From positions 50,605-114,604 of the forward strand of contig JAGLCS010000086.1 in NCBI GenBank assembly GCA_023146115.1: DNA of 64,000 nucleotides, in the 5' to 3' direction. Numbering within the stretch: the stretch's first letter is position 1; the number at the start of each line of letters is the position of its first letter. This stretch comes from Abyssibacter sp. Lineage in GTDB: Bacteria; Pseudomonadota; Gammaproteobacteria; Nevskiales; OUC007. The notes below the pieces were generated by a model that saw only the letters and a program-made list of their open reading frames with translations, made no database searches and had not been told where the DNA came from. Below, piece after piece: positions 10,650-19,208 of this stretch. Both the position numbers and the translations under genes were made by a program.

Positions 10650-12605
10650 TCAATTACCGATGTGTTTTCCCAGGAATGCGAGCAGGGTCTCGTAGAAGGC
10701 GACGCGATTGTCCAGCGCATAGAACCCGTGTCCTTCCTTCTCGCGGGTCATCCATTCGTACGGGTGGTTTTTCTGGTCCAATGCGGCTCGTAGAGCTTCG
10801 GCTTCGGAGAATGGTGCTCGTTTGTCTTCTTCACCGTGGACGATGAGCATTGGAGCCTTCAGCTCGGCCAGGCGCATCATGGGGGACTGGCTGCGCAGTT
10901 CCTCCGCGCTCTTGCCAATGTAGTCGTCAAAAAACTCGCGACCGTAGCTCGACTGCGTGATGTCCGTGTTCTTGGCCATTGTTTCCAGGTCATAAACGCC
11001 GACATAACCGACCACGCACCGAAAGAGGTCCGGTTGACGAACGGCGCTCATCAGCGAGGCATAGCCACCATAGCTGGCGCCGTATATGCACATGCGTTTG
11101 GCATCGGCATAGCCTTGTTCGATCGCCCAGCGAGTGCCATCAACGATGTCGTCGATCATCGCCTGGCCCCACTGCTTCCTCCCGGCTTCGATGAATTCGC
11201 CGCCGTAGCCGCCGGACCCCCGGAAGTTGACCTGGAGTACGGCGTAACCGCGACTTGCCAGCAATTGGGCGTCGGGCTCCCACAACCAGCTGTCGCGAAC
11301 CCCGATAGGTCCCCCATGCGGCAACACCACCAGCGGCAATCGTTTCTGCTTGGTTGAGGATGGCGGCAGCGTCAGGTAGCCGCGAATCGTGAGGCCATCC
11401 CGTGCCGCGTATTCGATGGGCTTTCGTTCGGCCATCTTCGTGTGATCGATCCAGCGACGGCTCGACAACAAGAAGCGGGCCCGCTTTTCCTTGCGATCGA
11501 ACAGGAAGACCTCTCCCGGAACCTTGTCGCCAGCAACGGTGAAGAGCAGCCGGTTGCCATCCTTGGACCAGCCCTGCGGTAGCAGAACATTCGGTTCAAA
11601 GCGTTTCTGCAACGCCTCTAACAAGCGGCCTTCGGATGAGTCAGGCGCGACGTTGACCGAGACAAACCGTCCTGGTTGAAAATAGGCGCGAATCGGGCGG
11701 GAGCCGTCCGATGACATGGCGACGAAGCCCAGGTCGACATCTTCACGACAGGCGAGGACGCTGGCGTTGGAGACAGCTGCGTCGGTTTCGTAGAGGCAGG
11801 TCGTACTGTGTTCGCCCTGGCCACGCACAAAGGCGGCGCCTGATGTCGCGGAGATCGGCTCGATGTTGTCCACCCCGGCCAGACTGACAGGGCTCCAGCG
11901 GCCCGGCTCAGCCGGCAAGCGCTGGTAGGTTTGGGCGGATAGTGATGAATCGCCGAGGCCCGAGAAAAAGCGGACGAAACCGTCGGAATCGGTGACAAAG
12001 CTGCCGGGCCCCTTTTCGGGAGCATCAACGATTTTATCGCGTCGACCGGACACCACGTTGATGGTTTCGGCCGAGGCGCGTTTGTCGTAGCCGGGTCGGT
12101 AGGTTCGATCGGACACGTCAAACGGGCGCGTGACGATGACCGCTGAGTCTTTGTCTTGGGTCAGTGAGTCCAGGAGTCCCGCCGCACCGCGGAACGGATC
12201 ACGACGGCGTGTCCGGAAACCGATCAAATACGTGAACGTCGTTCCGTCCGCATCAATGGCAAATAATTCTCCGGCACTCGATGGTTGCTCCAGCGAACCG
12301 AAGTTTTCCCCAATCTCTCCCATGAGGCGTGTGTCGCTCACCCATTGCAGTCCCAGCACATGCGTATCGGGACCGAAATCGCGAGCAGAGACGACGTCCA
12401 TCTTGTCGATGCGCAGCACGATGATCCCGGTGCGGTTTCCGCGCGGAACGCTGGCGGCCAGGTATTCACCCGTCGGCGAAAGGGCGAGGGCCCGAACGTC
12501 GGGTAATTTCGCGAAGTTCTCGATCGATACGGGCGCTGTATCGGCGGCGAGGAGGGGAGAGGTCCACAGCAACGCGGACAGAGAGAGCAGCAGAAGGGAT
12601 TTCAT
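10650..12605 (-). CDS. Secreted S9 family serine peptidase, tandem paralog of 8508..10487
   Basis: 651 aa. Signal peptide ending PLLAADT and the triad contexts GASYGGY, HGEEDKRAP and EGHGFY. Long blocks are nearly identical to the neighbouring gene, for example VVLPHGGP.G.RD.W.W.PDAQ.LASRGYAVLQVNFRGSGGYG. Confidence 0.85.
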   Translation of the reverse strand: MKSLLLLSLSALLWTSPLLAADTAPVSIENFAKLPDVRALALSPTGEYLAASVPRGNRTGIIVLRIDKMDVVSARDFGPDTHVLGLQWVSDTRLMGEIGENFGSLEQPSSAGELFAIDADGTTFTYLIGFRTRRRDPFRGAAGLLDSLTQDKDSAVIVTRPFDVSDRTYRPGYDKRASAETINVVSGRRDKIVDAPEKGPGSFVTDSDGFVRFFSGLGDSSLSAQTYQRLPAEPGRWSPVSLAGVDNIEPISATSGAAFVRGQGEHSTTCLYETDAAVSNASVLACREDVDLGFVAMSSDGSRPIRAYFQPGRFVSVNVAPDSSEGRLLEALQKRFEPNVLLPQGWSKDGNRLLFTVAGDKVPGEVFLFDRKEKRARFLLSSRRWIDHTKMAERKPIEYAARDGLTIRGYLTLPPSSTKQKRLPLVVLPHGGPIGVRDSWLWEPDAQLLASRGYAVLQVNFRGSGGYGGEFIEAGRKQWGQAMIDDIVDGTRWAIEQGYADAKRMCIYGASYGGYASLMSAVRQPDLFRCVVGYVGVYDLETMAKNTDITQSSYGREFFDDYIGKSAEELRSQSPMMRLAELKAPMLIVHGEEDKRAPFSEAEALRAALDQKNHPYEWMTREKEGHGFYALDNRVAFYETLLAFLGKHIGN

Positions 12606-12724
12606 TCAGGGCGATCCAAAGTAGCTGGACAGGCGGCGAACCATGTCCGTGATGCGTGTTCAAGCACGGATAGGCTAGCGTCCAAAACGTGAAATCTTCG
12701 TTGTGTGACTAATTGCCCACGACG

Positions 12725-14176
12725 TCAAGCGACTTGGTCGATGGTCTGCTGCAGTAACTCCGCTGCTCGAATCGTCCGCTTGTCGTGGAGATACGGTCCC
12801 ACAATCTGCACGCCGACAGGCAGGTTATCGGCGACGCCGATTGGCGCCACGGTGGCCGGCAGATGCAGCAAGGTCGCGGGGGCGACCCACGCCATATTGT
12901 CGGCATAGGGGCGGGAGACGCCATCAACTTGTATGCGCCGTTTGAACAGGTTGCCTGCTTGCTGATGAGGCATGGCGGCCGTCGGAGTGACTGGCATCAA
13001 CACGACATCATAGGACTCGAACAGGGTTTGCCACTGGTGTCGCAATCGGTGTCGCAGTTCGTTGTCGCGTAACCATTCCCGGTGGCTTTGTGTGGCGGCA
13101 GCGGCGTAGCCTGGCACGGTGTCGGGGCGGGTCTTGCCGGTGAGCTTCCCTATCCGGGCAGCCCATTGCATCTGTTTGAACAGATTGGCCGGCAGGCCGC
13201 CGCCCATGACGCCGGCAAGCAACCGCATATACAGCGGGTAGTACTGGCTAAGCTGCAGCTCATCCGGTGGTGTATCGGTGACTGTTGCACCCATGCCCCG
13301 AAGTGCGGAGGCGGCGTTGCGCAGCTGCGTACGGTAGCCGGTGTCGATCGGGCAGGTCGGATCATCGAACCAGCAGAGCACCCGAAACTCGTCCGCTTCC
13401 CAGCGGCAGTCAGGCAGGTCGAGTTGCCAGCCTTCGTCGTCGAGCGCGTCGGGGCCGGCCAGCACGTCCAGCAGCAGGCGCAGATCCGCCGCGCTGCGTG
13501 CCATGGGGCCTGCGACGACCATGTCGGTCTGACCCTTGGTCCCGGGCGGGCCGGGGATGTGGCCGCGGGTCGGTACGATGCCCTGCGATGGCTTGTGCCC
13601 GTAGACGCCGCAAAAATGTGCTGGATTGCGAATCGACCCGCCAATATCGCTCCCGAGTTCGGCGAGCGTCATGCCGGCCGCCAGCGCCGCTGCCGCCCCT
13701 CCGCTGGAGCCGCCCGGTGAGCGGCTGGTGTCCCAGGGATTATTGGTGGTGCCGTAAACAGCGTTGTAAGACTGGAAGTCGCCGCAATAAAGCGGCACGT
13801 TGGTCTTGCCCACAATGATTGCGCCGGCATCTATCAGACGCTGGACAGCGACGGCATTCTCTTTGGGTTGATACTGCTTCAGACTGGGAGAGCCGCTAGC
13901 CGTGACCATGCCAAGGACTTCGAATCCGTCCTTGATGGTCATGGGGATGCCATGGAGCGGTCCCCAGACTTGGCCGGCGGCGCGGTCGTGATCAGCCTGC
14001 CGCGCCCGTGCCAGCGCGGACTCGGCCTGCATCGTGACGACTGCGTTGATAGCCGGGTTGCGCTCGGCGATTCGGTCGAGCAGGGCCTGTGTCAGCGCTT
14101 CGCTGGTGAGCGTTCCGGCTTCCAGTGCGGTCAGAGTGGTTGTCAGGTTGCTGTCGCAGTAATCAGCCGGCTGCAT
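12725..14176 (-). CDS. Amidase (amidase-signature family)
   Basis: The start is re-called at M161 of track ORF 12725..14656 (MQPADYCDSNLTTTLTALEAG...). Amidase-signature GGSSGGAAAALAAG. The upstream 160 codons are an Arg/His-rich shadow extension. Confidence 0.85.
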   Translation of the reverse strand: MQPADYCDSNLTTTLTALEAGTLTSEALTQALLDRIAERNPAINAVVTMQAESALARARQADHDRAAGQVWGPLHGIPMTIKDGFEVLGMVTASGSPSLKQYQPKENAVAVQRLIDAGAIIVGKTNVPLYCGDFQSYNAVYGTTNNPWDTSRSPGGSSGGAAAALAAGMTLAELGSDIGGSIRNPAHFCGVYGHKPSQGIVPTRGHIPGPPGTKGQTDMVVAGPMARSAADLRLLLDVLAGPDALDDEGWQLDLPDCRWEADEFRVLCWFDDPTCPIDTGYRTQLRNAASALRGMGATVTDTPPDELQLSQYYPLYMRLLAGVMGGGLPANLFKQMQWAARIGKLTGKTRPDTVPGYAAAATQSHREWLRDNELRHRLRHQWQTLFESYDVVLMPVTPTAAMPHQQAGNLFKRRIQVDGVSRPYADNMAWVAPATLLHLPATVAPIGVADNLPVGVQIVGPYLHDKRTIRAAELLQQTIDQVA

Positions 14177-14212
14177 GTCGTCTCCCTTCACTACATGGAT
14201 TGTTTGAATACG

Positions 14213-15259
14213 ATGACCCAGATTCTCGCATTTGCCATTGACCCGCATCGAATGTCTCGGCCGGCTGTCCGCCGGTACCGTGGTGTTCTTGCCCATTGCG
14301 TCATCCTGGTGACCCTGCTGCTCGGAGCATGCGGTGACGAAACCAGCGGCGGCGGTGTCGGCCCGTATCCGGTGGGGCAGAGCGCGGATTCGATCACGCT
14401 GAATGGCGTGACGCATACGTTTTCCGTGTTCGTGCCGGCCGCGGCGGAGCCAAATAACCCGGTGCCGCTGATCGTCAGTCTGCACGGCGGGGGCGGCAGC
14501 GCTGATGATTTCGAGCAATCGGCACAGGTTCAGGCCGACGCCGAAGCCGAAGGGATCGCGGTGATCCGAGTGAACGGCTATGCGACCGATAACGATCTGC
14601 TGACATGGAATGCCGGTTACTGCTGTGGCGCCGCGCAGCGCGATAACGTCGATCACGTCGGGGCGATCGGGGCGATCATCGACCGTGTCGAGTCGCGGGC
14701 CTCAATCGATGCCTCGCGTGTGGCAGCGGCGGGACACTCCAACGGCGGCATGATGGCGTACCGGCTGGGTTGCCAATTGTCGGACCGCATTACCCACGTG
14801 GCGGCATCGGCGGCCTATCTGGTCAATGAAGATCTCTCTACCGACCCGCCAACGACGCTGTTCGCATGCGCGCCCAGTCAACCAGTGAGCGTCATCCACT
14901 TTCACGGCCTGCAAGATGCCTGCGCCCCGTTCGAGGGCGGCGAGGGAGCGGGCGTGATCAACGATGAGCGCCCTCCGGTGTCCGACACAATCGCGCAGAT
15001 GCGGGCCGCCAACCAGTGCGCCGATGCGAGTAGCGATGTTGTGACGGGTGCCGGTGAGCTGGAACGCCGCACGCTCGCGGGCTGTGCGGCCGATCGCGTG
15101 GTTCAACTCAACACCGTCGATTCCGCTGGCCACGTCTGGTTTGGTTCGCCGCAGTACGCGTCGCAGCCGATCTGCGAGGGCAGCACCACGATGCTGCTCT
15201 CCGCGAACCAGGAAATCTTCAGCTTACTTCGGGACAACCCGCGGCAGAGCACCGAGTAG
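14213..15259 (+). CDS. Secreted or lipoprotein esterase, PHB-depolymerase / LpqC-like alpha/beta hydrolase
   Basis: An internal start of track ORF 13868..15259; 14252 (MSRPAVRRYRGVLAHCVILVTLLLGACG lipobox) is the alternative. Motifs SLHGGGGS and the nucleophile elbow GHSNGG. The exact start is uncertain. Confidence 0.68.
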   Translation: MTQILAFAIDPHRMSRPAVRRYRGVLAHCVILVTLLLGACGDETSGGGVGPYPVGQSADSITLNGVTHTFSVFVPAAAEPNNPVPLIVSLHGGGGSADDFEQSAQVQADAEAEGIAVIRVNGYATDNDLLTWNAGYCCGAAQRDNVDHVGAIGAIIDRVESRASIDASRVAAAGHSNGGMMAYRLGCQLSDRITHVAASAAYLVNEDLSTDPPTTLFACAPSQPVSVIHFHGLQDACAPFEGGEGAGVINDERPPVSDTIAQMRAANQCADASSDVVTGAGELERRTLAGCAADRVVQLNTVDSAGHVWFGSPQYASQPICEGSTTMLLSANQEIFSLLRDNPRQSTE

Positions 15260-15331
15260 AGCGCCTGCCGCAGAACACCGCCGTGAGCGGTTCCGCTTTT
15301 CCACAGAATCTGTGGATAAGTATGTGGAGCA

Positions 15332-15351
15332 GTGGCGGCGGCCGCCGCCAC
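15332..15351. repeat. Perfect 20-bp GC palindrome between the convergent esterase and alcohol dehydrogenase genes (probable bidirectional terminator stem)
   Basis: GTGGCGGCGGCCGCCGCCAC is its own reverse complement. It is preceded by a second small hairpin, TCCACAG-aat-CTGTGGA, at about 15300-15316. Confidence 0.5.
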
Positions 15352-15384
15352 AGGCGGGCTTTGTCCGCGATGGTCATAAAACGT

Positions 15385-16629
15385 TCAGGCAGCGCGGGCA
15401 GCATCCTCGGAGGGCTGTGGCGGTAGCTTGATGGTGCGGATGAAGGCTTCGCAGGTGGGGCGATCCATGTAGCGAGGCACGGCGTAGGTGAGGTGCGCTT
15501 CCGCCATGGCCGCCTTGGCGATAGCCGGGATGTCCTTGTCCTCCAGCGCCTCCAGACCGGTCGGAATGCCGAACTGCGCGTTCATTTCGCGAATGCGATG
15601 AATGAAGCGTTCGGCCAGTTCCATGTCACTGGCGCCGGCGCTGTCCAGGCCGCTGACGCGGGCGAGATCCGCCAGACGATCCGCACAGGCAGTCTTGGAG
15701 AATTCCAGCACATGCGGTAGCACGATGGCGTTCCCCAGGCCATGCGGCGTGTGGTACCGCGCACCAAAGTTATGGGAAATCGCATGGACGTAACCGACGC
15801 CGGCCTGCGTAAAGGCGATGCCGGCCTTGTACGAGGCCAACGCCATCTGCTGGCGGGATTCGATGTTATTGCCGTTGTCCATGACCTGGGGCAGATGCTC
15901 CATGATCAGGCGGGTCGCCTCGACGGCGTAGACATCCGTCCGCTTCATGGCATTCCGCGAAATATAGGCCTCGACGGCGTGGGTGAGCGCATCCATGCCC
16001 GTTGCCGCGGTGACGCCAGGGGGTAGGCCGGCCATCAGTTTGCCGTCCAGGCAGGCCGTTACCGGCGCGAGTTTCAGATCGATGATCGACATCTTCTTCT
16101 GACGTTCGGGGTCGGACACAACCGCTGCGATGGTGACCTCGGAACCCGTGCCAGCGGTGGTCGGAATCACGTGCAGCGGCAGCGGGCGACGGAAGACCCG
16201 GAACAGGCCCTCCATCTTGCGGATCGCCTTGTTGTTGGTTGCGCGTGCAGCGATGACCTTTGCGGCATCAATGCTGGAACCGCCGCCGATGGCGAGGATC
16301 GCGTCGGCCTGGTCGCGCTTGAGTTGCTGCAGGCCCTGCTCGATCAGCGCAACGCTGGGATCCGGCTCCACGCCATCGAAGACGGTCACCGTGATTCCGG
16401 CGGCTTCCAGGCGCTGACGCAAGGGTTCGACGAGCCCGATCTTCACCAGCACTGCATCGGTCACGATCATCAGACGTCGGGTGCCGTCTGTGGCCAGCGC
16501 ATCACACAGGGCCAAGGCGGAATCCGCACCGGTGAACAACCGAGGTTCGCGAAACGGCAGCACACGAATCGAGGTCTTCAACAGGAACATGTAGAAGCGG
16601 TAGAACAGGACTTGAAGGCTGAACAACAT
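15385..16629 (-). CDS. Iron-containing (type III) alcohol dehydrogenase
   Basis: The start is re-called at M42 of track ORF 15385..16752. GGGSSIDAAK nucleotide-binding motif and His-rich metal-site region (HAISHNFGARYHTPHG). Confidence 0.85.
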   Translation of the reverse strand: MLFSLQVLFYRFYMFLLKTSIRVLPFREPRLFTGADSALALCDALATDGTRRLMIVTDAVLVKIGLVEPLRQRLEAAGITVTVFDGVEPDPSVALIEQGLQQLKRDQADAILAIGGGSSIDAAKVIAARATNNKAIRKMEGLFRVFRRPLPLHVIPTTAGTGSEVTIAAVVSDPERQKKMSIIDLKLAPVTACLDGKLMAGLPPGVTAATGMDALTHAVEAYISRNAMKRTDVYAVEATRLIMEHLPQVMDNGNNIESRQQMALASYKAGIAFTQAGVGYVHAISHNFGARYHTPHGLGNAIVLPHVLEFSKTACADRLADLARVSGLDSAGASDMELAERFIHRIREMNAQFGIPTGLEALEDKDIPAIAKAAMAEAHLTYAVPRYMDRPTCEAFIRTIKLPPQPSEDAARAA

Positions 16630-16912
16630 CGTCGTCTCTCTATAGTCTGGCCAGGCGTCTTGTCGTTGTTCGTCGCGCATGCCTGACGGACCGCCCGGTC
16701 CAGCCCTCACGCATGCCCCGCGCCGCGTGAGCCGCGGCGCGCTAACCAACAATTATGCCGGTGATTGTTGGCTAGTGCGCGTCGAACAGATCGCAGGGGC
16801 GGTGCTCTTCATCGGCGGCGTCGATGCGCAAACCGGCCAGCCGCGGATTCGGCTGAGCGGCGGACAAGACGATTGAGACGCGAGCCGGTAGGCTGCGCGG
16901 CTTCGCATTGCC

Positions 16913-18292
16913 GTGGTGGCCTGGTCTCTCATGTCTGCTCAAGCTGCAAACGCGGGTGCGGTCCCCAGTTACGGTCGCCTGTTCGCGATCGCGTGGCCCA
17001 TCGTGCTCGCCAACATTGCTGCACCCTTGCTGGGCCTGATCGATACCGCGGTGATCGGCAACCTCGGGCAGGTGGCCGATCTGGGCGCCATTGCGCTGGG
17101 ATCGTTGATCTTCAGCTTGATCTACTGGGGATTCGGTTTCCTGCGGATGGGGACCACCGGTTTCACCGCCCAGGCTGTCGGCGCCGACGATTCTGCCGAG
17201 GTGCGCGCCTGCCTTGCCCGCAATCTCGTGCTGGGCCTGCTGCTGGCGGTGATCGTGCTTGCATTGCAATGGCCACTGATTCGAATCGTCATGTCGATTT
17301 TCGAGGCCAGCGGCCCGGTGGAGTCCGGTGCCGCGGCATATCTGCAGATTCGAATCTGGGGCATGCCGGCCGCCTTGGGCCTGTTCGTCATCTGCGGATC
17401 GTTGATCGGCCAGGGGCTCAGCCGCACGTTGATGTTGATCCAACTGGTCATGAACGGCCTGAACATCCTGCTCGACTTGCTGTTCGCCGGCGTTCTGCAC
17501 TGGGGCGTGGAAGGTGTCGCGCTCGGCACGGCAATTTCCGAGTGGCTGGCGTTCGGTCTCGGCGGCTGGTTGCTCGTGCGCAGGCTGCGAGCCAGCCAAG
17601 CTGATGCTGAGGCTTTTTGGCCCTGGGCGCGCATTCGTCAGGCGGCCGCGCTGGCGGGCGCTTTGCGCGCGAATCGCGACATCATGATTCGCACCTTGTT
17701 GATGTTGGTCTGTTTCGCCTGGTTCACCAATGCAGGTGCTCGGTTCGGTGATCAGGTGCTGGCCGCGAATCACGTGCTGCTGCAGTTCGTGACCTTCAGT
17801 GCCTACTTTCTCGATGGTTTTGCATTCGCGGCGGAATCCCAGGTCGGCGCCGCCTATGGAGGCCGTGATCGACAGCGTTTCGATCTGGCGGTGCGGCGCT
17901 CGACGGTTTGGGCGCTGGGTACCGCCGTGGCGCTGGCGTCCGTGCTCTGGTTATGCGGCGATGCACTCATCGCGGGCCTGACGGACCTCGCGCCCGTCCG
18001 CAGCGTGGCCGGCACCTATCTTCACTGGGCCGCCGCCTATGTGGCTCTCTCGTTCGCGGCGTTTCAGCTGGATGGCGTGTTCATCGGTGTCACCGCCACG
18101 CCGCAGATGCGCAATGCGTCAGTCCTGTCCGCGACCGGGTTTCTCGCAGTCGCGATCTGGTGGAGCCGAGCGGCCGGCAACACGGGCCTGTGGGCCGCGT
18201 TCGTCTGCTATGTCGTGTTCCGCGCAGCGGCGTTGCTGCTTTACTACCCAGGCCTGCGCGCCAGGGTGGTGGGTTCCGAACGAGTGGGCTGA
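16913..18292 (+). CDS. MATE family efflux transporter (DinF-like)
   Basis: 459 aa with about 12 TM helices and the MATE N-terminal block LFAIAWPIVLANIAAPLLGLIDTAVIGNLG. The start could instead be the downstream Met (MSAQ...). Confidence 0.85.
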   Translation: MVAWSLMSAQAANAGAVPSYGRLFAIAWPIVLANIAAPLLGLIDTAVIGNLGQVADLGAIALGSLIFSLIYWGFGFLRMGTTGFTAQAVGADDSAEVRACLARNLVLGLLLAVIVLALQWPLIRIVMSIFEASGPVESGAAAYLQIRIWGMPAALGLFVICGSLIGQGLSRTLMLIQLVMNGLNILLDLLFAGVLHWGVEGVALGTAISEWLAFGLGGWLLVRRLRASQADAEAFWPWARIRQAAALAGALRANRDIMIRTLLMLVCFAWFTNAGARFGDQVLAANHVLLQFVTFSAYFLDGFAFAAESQVGAAYGGRDRQRFDLAVRRSTVWALGTAVALASVLWLCGDALIAGLTDLAPVRSVAGTYLHWAAAYVALSFAAFQLDGVFIGVTATPQMRNASVLSATGFLAVAIWWSRAAGNTGLWAAFVCYVVFRAAALLLYYPGLRARVVGSERVG

Positions 18293-18301
18293 ATAAACGA
18301 C

Positions 18302-18325
18302 AACGGCCGCCCGAAGGCGGCCGTT
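18302..18325. terminator. Bidirectional hairpin terminator between the convergent MATE and BI-1 genes
   Basis: AACGGCCGCC-cgaa-GGCGGCCGTT, a perfect 10-bp stem with a tetraloop, with A/T-containing flanks on both sides. Confidence 0.6.
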
Positions 18326-18346
18326 GGGTTTCCGTGGGCTTGAGGA

Positions 18347-19036
18347 CTAATCCTCGCCCATGCTCACGCCAAGAATGTGCAGCAGGCTGGTGAACAGGTT
18401 GTAGATCGACAGATAAAGGGTGGTCGTCGCGAGGATGTAGTTGGTCTCGCCGCCGTTCACGATCTCGCCGGTCTGATAAAGGATCAGCCCGCACATCAGG
18501 ATGGTGAACAGGGCAGAGATCGCCAGGCCCAGCGGCTGCCAGTAGAAACCGAACAGCGAGGCCACCAGCACGCCGATGCTGGCAACGAAGGCCACCATGA
18601 TGCCGGCCATGAGCATGTGGCCCATGAAGCTGAAGTCCTTCTTCGTGGTCACGGCGTAGGCCGACAGGCCGACAAAGGTGAACCCGGTCAGGCCCATCGC
18701 CATCATCACGATCTGACCGCCATTGGAGAAACCGGTCAGGTACATGTTCAGTATCGGGCCCAGTCCGAAGCCGAGCAGACCGGTGAAGGCGAATACGGCC
18801 AGCAGCCCGTTGGAGGATTCTGCGGTGCGCGGAATCACGAACCAGATGATGCCCAGCGCGCCCAGCGAGCACAGCAACGCGGCGCCGTAGGGTACGTTCA
18901 GAGCCATGGATAGACCGGCCATCACGGCGCTGAACAGCAGCGTCATCGACAGCAGCATGTAGGTGTTGCGCAGCACCTTGTTGGTTTGCAGCGCAGATTG
19001 GGGCCTGGAGGCCGCAATGTCATAAGAAGAATGCAT
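18347..19036 (-). CDS. Bax inhibitor-1 / YccA family membrane protein
   Basis: The start is re-called at M45 of track ORF 18347..19168 (MHSSYDIAASRPQSALQTNKVLRNTYMLLSMTLLFS...). Seven TM helices and the typical BI-1 N-terminal consensus. Confidence 0.8.
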   Translation of the reverse strand: MHSSYDIAASRPQSALQTNKVLRNTYMLLSMTLLFSAVMAGLSMALNVPYGAALLCSLGALGIIWFVIPRTAESSNGLLAVFAFTGLLGFGLGPILNMYLTGFSNGGQIVMMAMGLTGFTFVGLSAYAVTTKKDFSFMGHMLMAGIMVAFVASIGVLVASLFGFYWQPLGLAISALFTILMCGLILYQTGEIVNGGETNYILATTTLYLSIYNLFTSLLHILGVSMGED

Positions 19037-19147
19037 CAGCACACGTCCCTCATTGGAAATGGTATCGGCACCGCCGACGTCGCTTTTATGGAGACACTTG
19101 CCGGGAAAGGCAAGTTCCGGAAGCGGGCCAGCACCGCTCGGCAGAGC

Positions 19148-19165
19148 ATGACACAGAAATGACAA
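19148..19165 (-). promoter_or_regulatory. Pho-box-like PhoB binding site in the BI-1 / phoD divergent intergenic region
   Basis: The minus strand reads TTGTCAT-TTCT-GTGTCAT, two 7-bp direct repeats with an 11-bp period. The E. coli consensus is CTGTCAT-A(A/T)A(T/A)-CTGTCA(C/T). A -10-like CATACT lies about 10 bp from the box on the phoD side. Confidence 0.55.
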
Positions 19166-19208
19166 CAAGCGCCGGCATACTAGTCGGCTGGACTATGGGG
19201 AGGGCGTC

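Noticed and set aside
14177-14656. Long N-terminal extensions of track ORFs, such as the amidase 12725..14656. The same occurs at 46991..47488 (bamD), 32752..33324 (HAD), 16630..16752 (ADH), 42118..42246 (pilS), 6650..6850 (phoD) and 13868..14212 (esterase).
   Set aside because: In each case the extension overlaps the neighbouring gene or a divergent promoter region, is compositionally aberrant, and precedes an internal Met that begins a proper signal peptide or a conserved N-terminus.
15332-15351. A perfect 20-bp palindrome, considered as a possible IS or MITE terminal repeat or a REP element
   Set aside because: It is a single copy in the window, with no flanking direct repeats or transposase. 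Its position between two convergent stop codons fits a bidirectional terminator stem.
16772-17773. A 333-aa minus-strand ORF opposite the MATE transporter. Similar long antisense ORFs occur at 7238..8104, 19686..20834, 42456..43517, 43348..44172, 49942..50820 and 51732..53111.
   Set aside because: Each is antisense to a gene with clear conserved motifs. They have low-complexity Arg/Gly/Asp/His-rich sequence and no recognisable domains, which fits the high-GC shadow-ORF artefact.
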